Positions 30,314 to 32,000 of a DNA stretch of 32,000 nucleotides are shown here, one piece after another (positions within the stretch are counted from its first letter, which is position 1; the number at the start of each line of letters is the position of its first letter). The translations under genes and the position numbers were made by a program. The notes under the pieces were generated by a model. It had not been told where the DNA came from. It worked only from the letters and a program-made list of their open reading frames with translations, and ran no database searches. The stretch lies in NCBI RefSeq assembly GCF_013177435.1, contig NZ_CP053627.1, positions 30,001 through 62,000 on the forward strand, in the 5' to 3' direction. This stretch comes from Xylella taiwanensis. Its GTDB lineage: Bacteria; Pseudomonadota; Gammaproteobacteria; Xanthomonadales; Xanthomonadaceae.

Positions 30314-31357
30314 TCATTTTAAATTGGCAAGTGAAGCCAACACATGGCGGGTACGGAACAACGCGGCTTGTGCTTGTACGACGCTTTGCAGCACATCGCC
30401 CAGTACGCTAATGACGTCCTGACGCTGGTGCAGGATCTTGGAAAGCGTGCTGACCTCTGTACACAGTGTTTCCATTTGCTTGGCCGCCAATGCCACAAGC
30501 TGTGCTGCCTCTGGGGGGAGAGACACGGGGGTAACGCTAGCCGGTTTCTCTTGATTGAACATGTGTTGTTGGTCTGTATTTCCTTCCAGGGAGTCAGTGG
30601 TGAATTCTTGCATGCGAGAATCGGTAGTCACGGTAGTCATGCTCTTTTCATTTGTTGCTGGCTTTGCATCTTGTAACTTTTCACGCACGGTTTTACGCAT
30701 ATTGATCCCCGGATCGACTTTGGCTTGATCGATGATAGTTTTGGCTGCAGTTTCGCTGATCTTTTCCAGCCGATATAGGTCATTGATCACGGTGATATCC
30801 GCCGTGATGCCTTCCGCGACAGCCTGGCTGGTAAGGCTGTTGGCCTCCACCATCTCAAGAAAATTGATACGTTCAGCGACCCAGTTGATCCCCTTGTTCC
30901 ATTCGGCTGCGACTTTTTCTAACGTGCCAAGGCGTTTCTTGTCATCGCGCAGTGCAACTGCAATTTCGAGTTGTGTCAGATTTTCGCGTTGGATATTTTC
31001 GGCGCGTTGTACCCGCCGCACCTGATCATCGGTCAATTCTCGGACCACGGCTTTGAGTTTGATCCCAACGGCCTTGCAAGCAAGCCAACGCCGTTCACCA
31101 GCGACCATTAGATAACGGCCTGGTTTTTTAGGGTTTTTGCGTAATACGACAGGTTCATGCTGTCCATCTCGTTTCATGTCATTGCCGAGTTCCATTAACG
31201 ATTCGATGGTGAAACCTGGGTTGTCCTTGCTGCGCATCTGTTTTTCCAGGTCAATCAAGTCCGGGTCGATGTCTTCGATACGTTCACCTGACAAAGCGAC
31301 GGTTACAATTTGGTTCTGTATTTGGGGTGGCTTGATTTTGTTTCCAAATAGACTCAT
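30314..31357 (-). CDS. ParB/Srx-domain partition-type protein (347 aa, intact ORF)
   Basis: It has N-terminal ParB motifs GQHEPVVLR...YLMVAGERRWLACKAVG and ENIQRENLTQLEIAVAL. The C-terminal ~170 aa is low-complexity or coiled-coil-like with no family I recognise. The setting is AT-rich, and its start overlaps the end of a decayed parA frame. Confidence 0.8.
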   Translation of the reverse strand: MSLFGNKIKPPQIQNQIVTVALSGERIEDIDPDLIDLEKQMRSKDNPGFTIESLMELGNDMKRDGQHEPVVLRKNPKKPGRYLMVAGERRWLACKAVGIKLKAVVRELTDDQVRRVQRAENIQRENLTQLEIAVALRDDKKRLGTLEKVAAEWNKGINWVAERINFLEMVEANSLTSQAVAEGITADITVINDLYRLEKISETAAKTIIDQAKVDPGINMRKTVREKLQDAKPATNEKSMTTVTTDSRMQEFTTDSLEGNTDQQHMFNQEKPASVTPVSLPPEAAQLVALAAKQMETLCTEVSTLSKILHQRQDVISVLGDVLQSVVQAQAALFRTRHVLASLANLK

Positions 31358-32000
31358 GGCCGTTTCTCGATATAGTTCAAACCAATGCGTGCAAAAACAG
31401 CATCACTTACTTGATACATTTTTTGATGCTCTACATGGTGAACATTGCATCTGTGATCAGGATCGCAAAGATATTTAGTGAATCCCTTTAGTGGTACATG
31501 CATGTATGTTGATCCGATTGAGAATGCGCTTGCTACAGAGCGTTCGACGTACTTTTAAAATTTCGATCCCATTGCAATATGTTGTTGGTGCTATTGGATA
31601 AAAGAGAAGTGTGATGTAATTCATGATTTTCATGGTTATGCCAGCAGTTGTGCTTTGCGGCTTCATCGTAGATTGAATTAGAACGGTGAAAGATTGAACC
31701 GTGATACAACGGGCATGGACATGAGTGAGCATGCCGAGCATGTGATGCTGCAAGTGAGAAGAGATGTTATTGATGCCAACCTTGTCGTTAGACGCTAATT
31801 GTCATGATGATGTACGCATCTGACGAGTAATGGTGTTGAGCATCATCGCGTCGATATCGACAACAATAGTGTCAGCCTCAATGAATAAAAGATGATGAGT
31901 GAATTGAGCTCACGCTTTTATCTCAGCTATGTTGCTTATGAGATGGAAGAGAAGCAACGAGGAGAGTAAGTGGGTGTTCACTGCCGTGCGGACGCTTCTT
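31354..32000 (-). pseudogene. ParA/Soj-type P-loop partition ATPase, decayed; N-terminus beyond the right window edge
   Basis: Minus-strand fragments appear in ParA order. LTLLVASLPSHKQ matches RVLLIDLDPQGNA. ADTIVVDIDAMMLNTI matches [40 protein letters not shown] matches DSVLIPIQCEYYALEGLSQL. VPLKGFTKYLCDPDHRCNVHH...SDAVFARIGLNYIEKR matches IPRNVRLSEAPSHGKPVLLYD...GA.AY..LA.E...R. The last frame ends in an ATGA overlap with the parB-like start. Several stops and frameshifts are present. Confidence 0.45.

Noticed and set aside
1-32000. I searched for CRISPR-like regularly spaced repeats, rRNA genes, type III TA-like tandem RNA repeats, retron-like structures and reverse transcriptases.
   Set aside because: None was seen. 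The only tandem repeat arrays are the 7921-7980 microsatellite and a trivial TTGAAAGA x2 at about 26517-26532.

Overview
This 32 kb chromosomal segment reads as a Xanthomonadaceae-type gammaproteobacterium, judged from gene set, gene order and protein sequences. Moderate GC and very low coding density suggest a Xylella-like reduced lineage, but that is inference only. Intact genes are: pilY1 (3' part) and pilE, pyrF, an aspC-type aminotransferase, mscL, a 419-aa polytopic membrane protein, rlmJ, a GNAT acetyltransferase, mfd, aroQ-accB-accC, uvrD, hmp, a 92-aa membrane ORF coupled to pdxJ, and a ParB-like gene. By my own coordinates, intact genes cover only about 60 percent of the window. The gaps are not empty. 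Read in all frames, they hold recognisable wrecks of accessory and mobile DNA: a HigB/HigA-like toxin-antitoxin pair split by a 7-nt microsatellite, an IS5-family transposase, an ABC-ATPase stub, an AlpA-like HTH ORF, a P4-type tyrosine integrase near hmp, an FGE/SUMF1-domain gene, and a decayed parA directly upstream of the intact parB-like ORF. I saw no rRNA, tRNA or CRISPR array. I did not find a convincing intact multi-gene system of unknown function. The most interesting points are hmp as apparent cargo of a decayed integrase-marked island between uvrD and pdxJ, the intact ParB-like gene beside a dead parA at the right edge (the locus continues past base 32000), the microsatellite inside the dead TA locus, and several tracts that remain unexplained (3972-5355, 25471-26287, 28841-29347).
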